Virus record (IMG/VR): IMGVR_UViG_3300035670_000048
Span: 64,001-122,612 of that record
DNA from: a virus
Lineage: Duplodnaviria > Heunggongvirae > Uroviricota > Caudoviricetes
Reading direction: 5' to 3' (one strand)
Length of the DNA stretch: 58,612 nt
Shown: positions 10,432 through 18,338 of the stretch, one piece after another
Numbering within the stretch: position 1 is the stretch's first letter
Layout: every line of letters starts with the position of its first letter
Program-made: the position numbers and the translations under genes
Notes under the pieces: generated by a model
Database searches by the model: none
What the model saw: only the letters and a program-made list of their open reading frames with translations
What the model was told of the DNA's origin: nothing

Positions 10432-11354
10432 TATAAATAATTTAAATCTGGACGGCCTGTTCTTGCTCTGTCGGTTATAACTTTTTCTTTAAAATCTACT
10501 CCAGCGTATTGTTCGTATTGTTTTAAAGTACGTTCATTACCTAAACCATAAATCCCCATTTCGATTTCATTGGTTTCTAATAATATACTTTCTAAACGTT
10601 TTAAACTATAATCCATTAACTGCCCTACTTGCTTGTAGTGGTCATCACTGAATACTTTTCTGAATCCACGATCGTGTTTATGGTAAATCATGTTTTCAGT
10701 TGTTGCATAATGATCCCATCCGTGAGTGAATGATCTAACAGCCAATGTTATTTCTTCACCTAAAAAGAATAAATCTGGATCGTATTGTACATCTTTTATC
10801 CACTGAGAATGGCCAAATAAATTACATGCTGTAAGGAATGTATTTAATTCTGGTGATTCGGATTGATCTCTAACTTCATACATTTGGAGTAATATACTGC
10901 CATAAAAGTGATTAGCTACAGATACAGCCATTTTATTTGGATCTCCATGCCAATCTAAATTATCGGATGGTGGGTTCCATTGTGACGCAGCACACGATAG
11001 AATTGATTTAGGATTTGAAGTTTGATTATACATTTTGATTAACTTCTCATCCCAATTTTTAGTTGCAGTAATATGTGAATCAATTAGCCAAAAGTATTTT
11101 TCATCATCCCATAATTGAAATGCTAAATTTCTAGCCCAACACGCTCCCTTACTTTGTACAGCAGGTACACGAATAATTTTTACTTGGTCTTTATCGAATG
11201 GTAATTCTTTTGGTTCTTCATCTCCGTATTGCCAACAAAGCCCAATAACAACGTTATCGGGATTTGCTGCGTTTTTTAATACATTATCAATAGTATATGG
11301 AAGTAATGGGTCCCTATACGATGATACATTTACGAATATTTTATCGTTTTGCAT
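10431..11354 (-). CDS. Second GT60-like glycosyltransferase (paralogue)
   Basis: IFVNVSSYRDP, GACWAR, LIDSH, GEEITLAVRSFTHGWD, GLGNERTL. Confidence 0.87.
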   Translation of the reverse strand: MQNDKIFVNVSSYRDPLLPYTIDNVLKNAANPDNVVIGLCWQYGDEEPKELPFDKDQVKIIRVPAVQSKGACWARNLAFQLWDDEKYFWLIDSHITATKNWDEKLIKMYNQTSNPKSILSCAASQWNPPSDNLDWHGDPNKMAVSVANHFYGSILLQMYEVRDQSESPELNTFLTACNLFGHSQWIKDVQYDPDLFFLGEEITLAVRSFTHGWDHYATTENMIYHKHDRGFRKVFSDDHYKQVGQLMDYSLKRLESILLETNEIEMGIYGLGNERTLKQYEQYAGVDFKEKVITDRARTGRPDLNYL

Positions 11355-11847
11355 TATTTAATTCGTCTTCAGTAAAGAATTGTCTTAAATTTGGTGGAAA
11401 ATACGATAACGCTTTTTGTACTTTACGATCTTCTGAGCGATATACTACATACTTATCACCACGTTTTTCAAAATGGCAAGGACGTTGTGATGCTGCTGCT
11501 CTAAATTTAGCTGTAGCGTCTGCTTCCTCTTCAGTTGAACATGATTTAGATAGATTCGATTCCTGTACTTCATTATATGCGTCAACGAATTTATCCTTTA
11601 AACCATAGGCCATAATACCCGCTGATAATACGTACATGATATCACAAAATGCATCTAATACTTCTACGATGTCTCCTTTTTCAGCTGCTGCTTTATACTC
11701 GTCTAATTCCTCTAGAATGAAATTATAGATAAAATCACGTTCCATTTTTTCGGGAATGGTGGGAGTGTAATTATTCAGTTTACCGAATAGGAAATTGAAT
11801 TTTTCTACTTCGTTAACGAAGTGTAATTTATAACCGTTGCTTGCCAT
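11341..11847 (-). CDS. MazG-like / PRA-PH-like nucleotide pyrophosphohydrolase
   Basis: ILEELDEY...EVLDAFCDIMYV acidic helical motif. Confidence 0.8.
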   Translation of the reverse strand: MASNGYKLHFVNEVEKFNFLFGKLNNYTPTIPEKMERDFIYNFILEELDEYKAAAEKGDIVEVLDAFCDIMYVLSAGIMAYGLKDKFVDAYNEVQESNLSKSCSTEEEADATAKFRAAASQRPCHFEKRGDKYVVYRSEDRKVQKALSYFPPNLRQFFTEDELNNAKR

Positions 11848-11852
11848 GTTAT

Positions 11853-12395
11853 TTATTTTGTGTTTATTGATATTTGTTTCTTTTCACCATTAGGCATCGA
11901 ATAAACAGCGTGAGTTGGTGTTAATTCAAATCCTTGCCCGTTTAACATATTAGCATATCTTTTACCAGTACCTGGAGTTAAATAAGCAATTGTCATATGG
12001 GGATGATAATTAGGAAAATTCTGAGTGTTCGGGTATTTACTTAATTCGGTATTGGCTTTAAATAAGTTATCACCGTTTACATCAAATTTTAATACATCAA
12101 AATTTTCATTTTCAAATAATGACGCATTTGAAATTTTACAAGTACCGAATGTAAATTTATCTAATACATTTTTTACATCTTGTTCTGAAACTCCATCATG
12201 TAATCCATATAACAATGTAGTATGAGGTTCTGTTTCTAATCCAAATGTGGGATTTGATGGATCATTATATATATCTTTAGGATCAATAGCGTCGTGTATT
12301 TTGTTTATTAATGGGAAATTAAAATACAACATAACGCAGCCATACTCATATTTTGGCTGCGCTTGTTCTTTAAGTATATCAAATAATTTGATCAT
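11853..12395 (-). CDS. 2H phosphoesterase, Acb1 / T4 57B-like (putative anti-CBASS nuclease)
   Basis: Two HxT motifs: PHTTLLYG and YHPHMTIAY; 180 aa. Confidence 0.75.
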   Translation of the reverse strand: MIKLFDILKEQAQPKYEYGCVMLYFNFPLINKIHDAIDPKDIYNDPSNPTFGLETEPHTTLLYGLHDGVSEQDVKNVLDKFTFGTCKISNASLFENENFDVLKFDVNGDNLFKANTELSKYPNTQNFPNYHPHMTIAYLTPGTGKRYANMLNGQGFELTPTHAVYSMPNGEKKQISINTK

Positions 12396-12396
12396 A

Positions 12397-13107
12397 TTAG
12401 CTATATGCTTGTAGATTTAATTTTAACATTTCTAATACTTCTTGTTTAGCTGTCTTTTGGTGATCAGCAAATACACCTGATACTTCTGATGTTACCATTG
12501 AAGCTCCCATATGCTTAACTCCACGACACGATACACAGTTGTGTGTTGCGTGCATCATTACCATAATACCTTCATTACCTTCAATTAAATTATTCATAGC
12601 ATTATGAATAGCCATAGTTAATTGTTCTTGAATAGCACCTCTACGTGAGAAATGTTCAACTACACGATTTAATTTTGATAATCCGATTACCTTTGATTCA
12701 GGACCTGGCACATATGCAATATGACATTTACCTAAGATCGTTTGGTGGTGGTGAGAACACATCGAAATTACTGGGATATCGCGCTCTAATACAATACCGT
12801 TGTAACCATCTGATGGGAATGCTGTAACATCACCTAATACTTCATAACGTCCACGCCATAAATCATTAACGTATGCTTTAGCAACACGTTTTGGTGTGTC
12901 AGATGAGTTTGGATCATTACGCCAATCAACGCCTAATGCGTCTAAGAATTGACCATATGCTTTAGTTGCATTGGTAATGACTGCTTGTTTTTCCTCTACA
13001 GTCAGAGAGCGTTCTTTACCTTCGGTTTCGATGATTTGTTGCAAATGTAATGAGATACCATTTGCATTACCTGAATTGGTAATTTCTAAATTGCTAATTT
13101 CGCACAT
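12397..13107 (-). CDS. folE: GTP cyclohydrolase I
   Basis: TPKRVAK, SMCSHHH, GLSKLNR, IQEQLT, ATHNCVSCRGV. Confidence 0.96.
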   Translation of the reverse strand: MCEISNLEITNSGNANGISLHLQQIIETEGKERSLTVEEKQAVITNATKAYGQFLDALGVDWRNDPNSSDTPKRVAKAYVNDLWRGRYEVLGDVTAFPSDGYNGIVLERDIPVISMCSHHHQTILGKCHIAYVPGPESKVIGLSKLNRVVEHFSRRGAIQEQLTMAIHNAMNNLIEGNEGIMVMMHATHNCVSCRGVKHMGASMVTSEVSGVFADHQKTAKQEVLEMLKLNLQAYS

Positions 13108-13142
13108 AACTTATTGTTTAAATTTATAACTGAATTTAATTA

Positions 13143-13169
13143 GGAAAGACTTGATTGACAAGTCTTCCC
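13143..13169 (-). terminator. Putative terminator hairpin
   Basis: GGGAAGACTTG-TCAAT-CAAGTCTTTCC stem right after a stop codon; weak U tract. Confidence 0.45.
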
Positions 13170-13176
13170 ATTTTAA

Positions 13177-13491
13177 TTATTTTACTTGGATTCCGGCAAT
13201 CTTATACCAGCGATATTCTTGTTCGCTAATTGCGTCTTGTTTTTCTTGCATATCGTCTTCGACTGCATTCATTCCTGAAGTATCGGCTCCATTTTCTTTA
13301 GAACCAACAATTTCATCGTATTGTTCCATTGTCATGATGTCTCCATCAGCACACAATTCGATTAATTTTTCAGCTATATCGTGTAACTGCATATCATCAG
13401 TTGAATCTTCGCGAGCAAATTCTAATAATCTGATGAATAATGGTACATCAACTGTGATGACGTCCATTTTATTTTCTTCTTGTTCTTCCAT
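13177..13491 (-). CDS. Acidic hypothetical phage protein
   Basis: 104 aa, DVPLFIRLLEFAREDS, C-terminal RWYKIAGI; preceded by the ATATTTAT motif. Confidence 0.8.
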   Translation of the reverse strand: MEEQEENKMDVITVDVPLFIRLLEFAREDSTDDMQLHDIAEKLIELCADGDIMTMEQYDEIVGSKENGADTSGMNAVEDDMQEKQDAISEQEYRWYKIAGIQVK

Positions 13492-13530
13492 ATTGTTATT
13501 TAATATAAATATAATAAAGAAATAAAACTC

Positions 13531-14991
13531 TTACAAGTTTAGTTTAGATCCTACAGTAAAGAATGTTAATACTGGTGATGCTGGATTAGTGCTTAATGAT
13601 GATTTAACATTAAAGTTAATTCTAAAACGTTTAGATAATGGTATGTCAAACGAGTTACCTAACATCATTGATAAATCTTTATTTATTGACATATCTTTAG
13701 TTGAAGTCATATACGAAAACGGAGACGTTAAAACGAATATTTCTGGTGTGAATTTTATTTTAGTTTTTGTCTTTAATGGTTTCATATAAAACACAGTAAA
13801 TGATGGTGCCAACATTATTGAACCATCAGATAGAAACGCTGATATAGCTGAAGTATTTGAGCCAATTACTCCCATTTCATCTAATAATTCTATGTAAGTA
13901 TAACCAAGAAATACTAAATGATCTGTAAATGTAGTAGCATAGGTTAATGAGTAGTTCTTTACGTGTGATATTTTACCTTCAGTAGCAAACATCTTAGTGT
14001 ATTTACCAGTTAGTGCTGCTTGCTTAAAGTTTAAGAATATCATCGAGGTAGCACCCCACGATTCATTTCCCATCAATGATGATTTAGACACTGATATACC
14101 TAGCACTGGTGTAAATGAATTATCTGCGTTTTGCATTGCTGCTAAATCCCCAGATACAATCATTGGGTTTGTTGTAGCTGCCTTTTGAGCTTTTTTATCT
14201 TCTTTCTTGCCGTCTTTTTTTGATTCAGACTTTGATTCTGATTTTTTTTCGTCTTTAGATTCAGATTTTGATTCGGACTTAGATTCGGATTTGGATTCTC
14301 CTCCTCCACCTTCAGATTTAGATTCTCCACCACCTCCACCACTATCGGATTTAGATTCGGACGAGCCTCCCCCGCCGCCTCCGCCACCACCTCCACCATC
14401 GCCACCTCCACTGCTTGATGAGCTACTGCTTGAAGACGACGCAGATCCACCGCTTGCTCCGCTAGCAGCTCCACCGGCAGCACCACCTGCAGCTGAACTA
14501 GCAGCACCACTAGCGGCTCCACTGGCTGCTGATGAAGCACCTGCTGATGCTGATGAGGCAGCAGTTGATGCTGCTGTATTTGATGCTGTAGATGCTGCAG
14601 TTGAAGCAGCAGTTGAAGCAGCGGTTGACGCCGCTGTTGATGCTGCTGTTTGTGCTGCAGTTTGAGCAGCCGTAGCAGCAGCTGCTTGAGCTACTACTGC
14701 CGATACTGTGTTTGCTACAGTTTGAGTTTGTGTTTGAGTAACTACTTCAGCTACTTTACATGGATAATTATTTGCTGTTTGATTTAGCCACTTTGATAAA
14801 TCACCATTTGCTACTTGAGCATAAGTAAATGATTGTGACATTGAACGATACACGACAAAGATTTGACCCCCGATCGGAACTTCATACGTTAGTACTTGTT
14901 TCGTGCAGGGATCAAAGTATGTGTGAATAATAGATTGAGATCTACTAGTAAATGAAACGATTATAAATAAAAGTACAAATACATATCTCAC
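13531..14991 (-). CDS. Secreted protein with Ala/Ser/Gly low-complexity linker and probable C-terminal beta-barrel
   Basis: Signal-peptide-like N-terminus; AAST repeats, poly-G and ESKS repeats; alternating hydrophobic beta-strands at the C-terminus. Confidence 0.75.
   Translation of the reverse strand: MRYVFVLLFIIVSFTSRSQSIIHTYFDPCTKQVLTYEVPIGGQIFVVYRSMSQSFTYAQVANGDLSKWLNQTANNYPCKVAEVVTQTQTQTVANTVSAVVAQAAAATAAQTAAQTAASTAASTAASTAASTAASTASNTAASTAASSASAGASSAASGAASGAASSAAGGAAGGAASGASGGSASSSSSSSSSSGGGDGGGGGGGGGGGSSESKSDSGGGGGESKSEGGGGESKSESKSESKSESKDEKKSESKSESKKDGKKEDKKAQKAATTNPMIVSGDLAAMQNADNSFTPVLGISVSKSSLMGNESWGATSMIFLNFKQAALTGKYTKMFATEGKISHVKNYSLTYATTFTDHLVFLGYTYIELLDEMGVIGSNTSAISAFLSDGSIMLAPSFTVFYMKPLKTKTKIKFTPEIFVLTSPFSYMTSTKDMSINKDLSMMLGNSFDIPLSKRFRINFNVKSSLSTNPASPVLTFFTVGSKLNL
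14207..14700 (-). repeat. Low-complexity coding repeats (AAST)n, poly-Gly, (ESKS)n
   Basis: gatgctgctgt-like and gattcggacttag-like tandem units visible on the + strand. Confidence 0.85.
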
Positions 14992-15840
14992 TTAAGCTAA
15001 TAGCTTGTAGTATTCTTTGAAATGTTTGATACGATCTGGTAAACCGATTGTACCACCATTAACGCGTTTTGTGATTTTAGTCACTACTTGATCTGATGCG
15101 CCTTCATCTGCCATCTTATGTAATCCGTTTTTAGAAAAAAACCAAGCAGCAGATAATAAAGCATATTGTGATGATACTTTATCTGGATTTGAGATGATAT
15201 CTTCACCGATTGATTTACCAAATGCAGTGTAGTTTTCTTTACCAGTTAATTGAATATAGCCACGTCCACGGAATTTATATCCTTCACCTGATGCTTCAGA
15301 TCCGTTACCCATACGATTAGCGTATACTTTAGAAGCAATTTTAGCTGGTTGGCGTGCATATGCAGCAGCTGCAGCTTCAGTAGGGAAGTACTTACGGAAG
15401 ATACCGTTTAATCCTTTAGCCGAGTAATTTAAGTTCTCTTGTGTTGCACGGAATCCACCTGATTCGTGTCCGCATTGTGCTAGAAAGTGAGCTAAACGCA
15501 ATGGTGTATTGATAGCAAACTTAGCTGCTGTATCTGGAATCATTGCAATTACTGCATCTGGAATATGTCCTTTTAGATTTTGTAATTTTAAAGCACCTGC
15601 GTTTGCGATTGGAGCAGCGGCAGCAGGAGCTGGAGCAGCAGCTGCTACTGGAGCAGCACCACCAAATAATTTAGCCCATGTACCATCACCTACAATACCG
15701 TCAGCAGTTAATCCGTTAATAGCTTGCCATGCTTTAACAGCAGCTTCAGTTTTAGGACCGAATTTACCGATTGGATCTACACCTAATTTTTCTTGGAGTT
15801 TTTTTACGTCTTCTCCCTCTGAACCTAATTTCAATAACAT
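14992..15840 (-). CDS. Endolysin: peptidoglycan-binding domain plus GH19 chitinase-like lysozyme domain
   Basis: LKLGSEGEDVKKLQ...DGIVGDGTW (PG-binding); AHFLAQCGHESGGF, FRGRGYIQLTGKENY, RVNGGTIGL. Confidence 0.93.
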   Translation of the reverse strand: MLLKLGSEGEDVKKLQEKLGVDPIGKFGPKTEAAVKAWQAINGLTADGIVGDGTWAKLFGGAAPVAAAAPAPAAAAPIANAGALKLQNLKGHIPDAVIAMIPDTAAKFAINTPLRLAHFLAQCGHESGGFRATQENLNYSAKGLNGIFRKYFPTEAAAAAYARQPAKIASKVYANRMGNGSEASGEGYKFRGRGYIQLTGKENYTAFGKSIGEDIISNPDKVSSQYALLSAAWFFSKNGLHKMADEGASDQVVTKITKRVNGGTIGLPDRIKHFKEYYKLLA

Positions 15841-15853
15841 AATTAATTATTTA

Positions 15854-16564
15854 TTAATTTTTAAATACTTGTTTTTTAATCATACGTGATACGATCCGTG
15901 AAGCAGCTGTTTCAAGTGCTTTTTTAGTTGTAATACCGATTGTAGATTGATTGAATTTAATTTCATCAAATGAATCGGATAATGCTCCTTGCTTTACTGT
16001 ACTTGCTTCACCTAAGCCTGAACCAGTGAGATACTCAGCAGTTTCAGCGTTAACGAACTTAACTTGTAAGCCCAATCTGGTAGTTTGAGTTTGCTTAACA
16101 CCATCTTTCAATTTTAATTGTTCATCCTCAGAAACTGAGAAGTCGTATATCTCTACATATACGAAGTATTGTGCTAATTTAATCTTACCTCTACCATCTA
16201 ATTTATTTTCGGTGATGCCTGATTGAGACGCCTGGAATTGTTTTACCATTCGGTTTTTAATTTCGGCTTTGTCTTCGGTAAATGTAAAGCGATTAGTTTC
16301 CTCTAAAAATTCAACAACGATATTTGTTAAACCTAAACCAACGCGTTTATCCTTTAATTCAGGATACATAGCAAATACTTCTTCCGTAACACCGATTTGT
16401 AATAATTGAATCGGTATTTTAGGTCCTTCATAGTCAGACACTACTGCTATTGACTGTTTCTTTTCAAAATCAGCCACGTATGTTTCAGTCTTAACAGATC
16501 CGACTGTTTGGCCGAATACTGTTAGACTGCATAATGTTAGAAATGTAACTAATATATATTTCAT
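15854..16564 (-). CDS. Secreted CsgG/HfaB-like protein
   Basis: Signal peptide; RVGLGLTNIVVEFLEETNRF, YFVYVEIYDFSV, LGLQVKFVNAETAEY..GSGLG pattern. Confidence 0.65.
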   Translation of the reverse strand: MKYILVTFLTLCSLTVFGQTVGSVKTETYVADFEKKQSIAVVSDYEGPKIPIQLLQIGVTEEVFAMYPELKDKRVGLGLTNIVVEFLEETNRFTFTEDKAEIKNRMVKQFQASQSGITENKLDGRGKIKLAQYFVYVEIYDFSVSEDEQLKLKDGVKQTQTTRLGLQVKFVNAETAEYLTGSGLGEASTVKQGALSDSFDEIKFNQSTIGITTKKALETAASRIVSRMIKKQVFKN

Positions 16565-16565
16565 A

Positions 16566-16856
16566 TTATCCTTCTGATTCTGTTTCTGCTGGTTTAGTAC
16601 CTTCTGCTGTTTGCTTTTTTAATGACGTAAATTTGTCAAATGATGTCAAACCTAAAGCACCAAATGCTAACATTGCTACTGCATTCACTAATGAATCTGC
16701 TGGGGCTACGTCTACTGTTGAGAATGAATTATGATACATTGTAACACACAAAGTAACTGCAGCTAATAAACCAACAAATCGCTTTGATGATACTGCACCT
16801 TTTTCATCGGCCATTAATGACTTAACGCCATCCATAAATTTTTTTAATATTTCCAT
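16566..16856 (-). CDS. Two-TM membrane protein (holin candidate)
   Basis: SSKRFVGLL and AMLAFGALGL hydrophobic helices near the endolysin. Likely start is MEILKK at 16856. Confidence 0.6.
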   Translation of the reverse strand: MEILKKFMDGVKSLMADEKGAVSSKRFVGLLAAVTLCVTMYHNSFSTVDVAPADSLVNAVAMLAFGALGLTSFDKFTSLKKQTAEGTKPAETESEG

Positions 16857-16857
16857 T

Positions 16858-17010
16858 TTACCACGGTTGTTTTGAGATTCTAGCTGCGATTTTAGATGCT
16901 TTCTCATTTTGACCCGAAAAATGTAAATATGCAAAATACATCTGGGTACTGAAAGCAACTGCAATCCAAGCTAAAACCAGTTTTGAATATATTTTATATA
17001 CCTTTTCCAT
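16858..17010 (-). CDS. Small single-TM protein (50 aa)
   Basis: Manual translation MEKVYKIYSKLVLAWIAVAFSTQMYFAYLHFSGQNEKASKIAARISKQPW; fills the gap between neighbours exactly. Confidence 0.65.
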   Translation of the reverse strand: MEKVYKIYSKLVLAWIAVAFSTQMYFAYLHFSGQNEKASKIAARISKQPW

Positions 17011-17015
17011 TGTTA

Positions 17016-17648
17016 TTATCCTTCTATATCATCAGTAGCTTCTGGAGCAACTGGATCTTTGATTTTACCACATTTTAAACACTCTTCTTCGCCATCACCA
17101 TCTGCATCACCCCAAACGTGCTCGCATTGGCGGTGTGCAAAATATTCATCAATCTTCCCATCACCATCGAAATCTAAACCGTCCATTACGCCGTCACCGT
17201 CTTCGTCGATTTCGGTTCCTTTTTTAACTTCTGCAGGTGCTTCAGTTGATGAAGCAGATTCTGGAATTACTAATGGAGATACATCAGTAGGAACGATAGG
17301 AGTATCTTTCATGTCTGCTGTATTACTCATTGTTGTTCCATCTTCTTCGTCCATTTTCTGAACTAACATCTTATCTTTGTCAGTGTCTGAGAACCAGTAG
17401 TCGATAATTTTACCGTATGAGCCAATAAAAGCACCAAGTAATAATAATAATAATTCTTTCCATTCACCTGCAATTGCTGTGTTTTGTCCAATTGCAAAGA
17501 ATATACCAACAATTATTAACATAAAACCACCTAAAACCATAGCGGTAATATACCATCTACGTTTCATCATTGCGTTTAACAGGTCTCTAAATCCTGTAGG
17601 TACTGGAGCAGGTGCTGCCATATTTTCTTCGTCTTTAAATAACTTCAT
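17016..17648 (-). CDS. Two-TM membrane protein with DxDGDG Ca-binding-like repeats
   Basis: Two hydrophobic helices, then DEDGDG, DFDGDG, DADGDG and C..H / CxxC residues. Confidence 0.75.
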   Translation of the reverse strand: MKLFKDEENMAAPAPVPTGFRDLLNAMMKRRWYITAMVLGGFMLIIVGIFFAIGQNTAIAGEWKELLLLLLGAFIGSYGKIIDYWFSDTDKDKMLVQKMDEEDGTTMSNTADMKDTPIVPTDVSPLVIPESASSTEAPAEVKKGTEIDEDGDGVMDGLDFDGDGKIDEYFAHRQCEHVWGDADGDGEEECLKCGKIKDPVAPEATDDIEG

Positions 17649-17654
17649 TTTTAA

Positions 17655-17963
17655 TTACCATTTTGGAGCTTCTTCTAGCTCTTCTTTTTCAGTTTTTTTC
17701 TTAGGTGCTGGTGCTGCTGCTGGTGATGCTGCTGCTTTTTCTTTGATGATTACTGTTTTACCACCAGCTGGAGCTGCTGCTTGTTGCTGTTGTTGAGTAA
17801 TGTTAATTACTGGAGCGGGTGCTGATGTTGCTTGTGCTGGTTCATCACCATCTCCTGTTAGAGTCTTAGTTACGAAACCACCTACTGCTATCGCAACTGT
17901 GCTCGCTAATCCGATTAGAATGCTCTTTAATGAGCCTCCTCCGTTTTCTGCTTCTTCTGCCAT
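17655..17963 (-). CDS. Single-TM protein with Ala/Pro/Gln linker
   Basis: ILIGLASTVAIAVGGFV followed by low-complexity sequence. Confidence 0.75.
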   Translation of the reverse strand: MAEEAENGGGSLKSILIGLASTVAIAVGGFVTKTLTGDGDEPAQATSAPAPVINITQQQQQAAAPAGGKTVIIKEKAAASPAAAPAPKKKTEKEELEEAPKW

Positions 17964-17971
17964 TTTGTTTT

Positions 17972-18337
17972 TTATTTTATTGTTAAGGGATATTTTGCTT
18001 CTTTTCCGTCTACGTCAATAAATATAAAGTCGTAGTCTCTCTTTGGTAAATCTGATAGGTCTAAATTCTTAGTCGTTAATGATTCTGTTGCAGTGAATTT
18101 TTCCTTTTTAACTGGTTGCTCACTTCCAAACGGAATTACCTGAATAGCATACTTAGACCCAACAGTAGTTTCAAATACTGCTGTTACTGTGTTTTCAGTT
18201 TGTTTAATTGATTTAATAGACGTTGATGTTGATTTTACGCCTAAATCAATTTGAGGTGCAATAACTTCTTGCTCATAATTAGTGCAAGCAGCTAATGTTA
18301 ATAATGATAATGCTGTATAAAATAATATTCGTTTCAT
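17972..18337 (-). CDS. Lipoprotein
   Basis: MKRILFYTALSLLTLAAC lipobox. Confidence 0.8.
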   Translation of the reverse strand: MKRILFYTALSLLTLAACTNYEQEVIAPQIDLGVKSTSTSIKSIKQTENTVTAVFETTVGSKYAIQVIPFGSEQPVKKEKFTATESLTTKNLDLSDLPKRDYDFIFIDVDGKEAKYPLTIK

Positions 18338-18338
18338 A

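Noticed and set aside
14160-14665. ORFs 14207-14665 (+) and 14160-14540 (-)
   Set aside because: Shadow frames of the low-complexity linker in 13531-14991.
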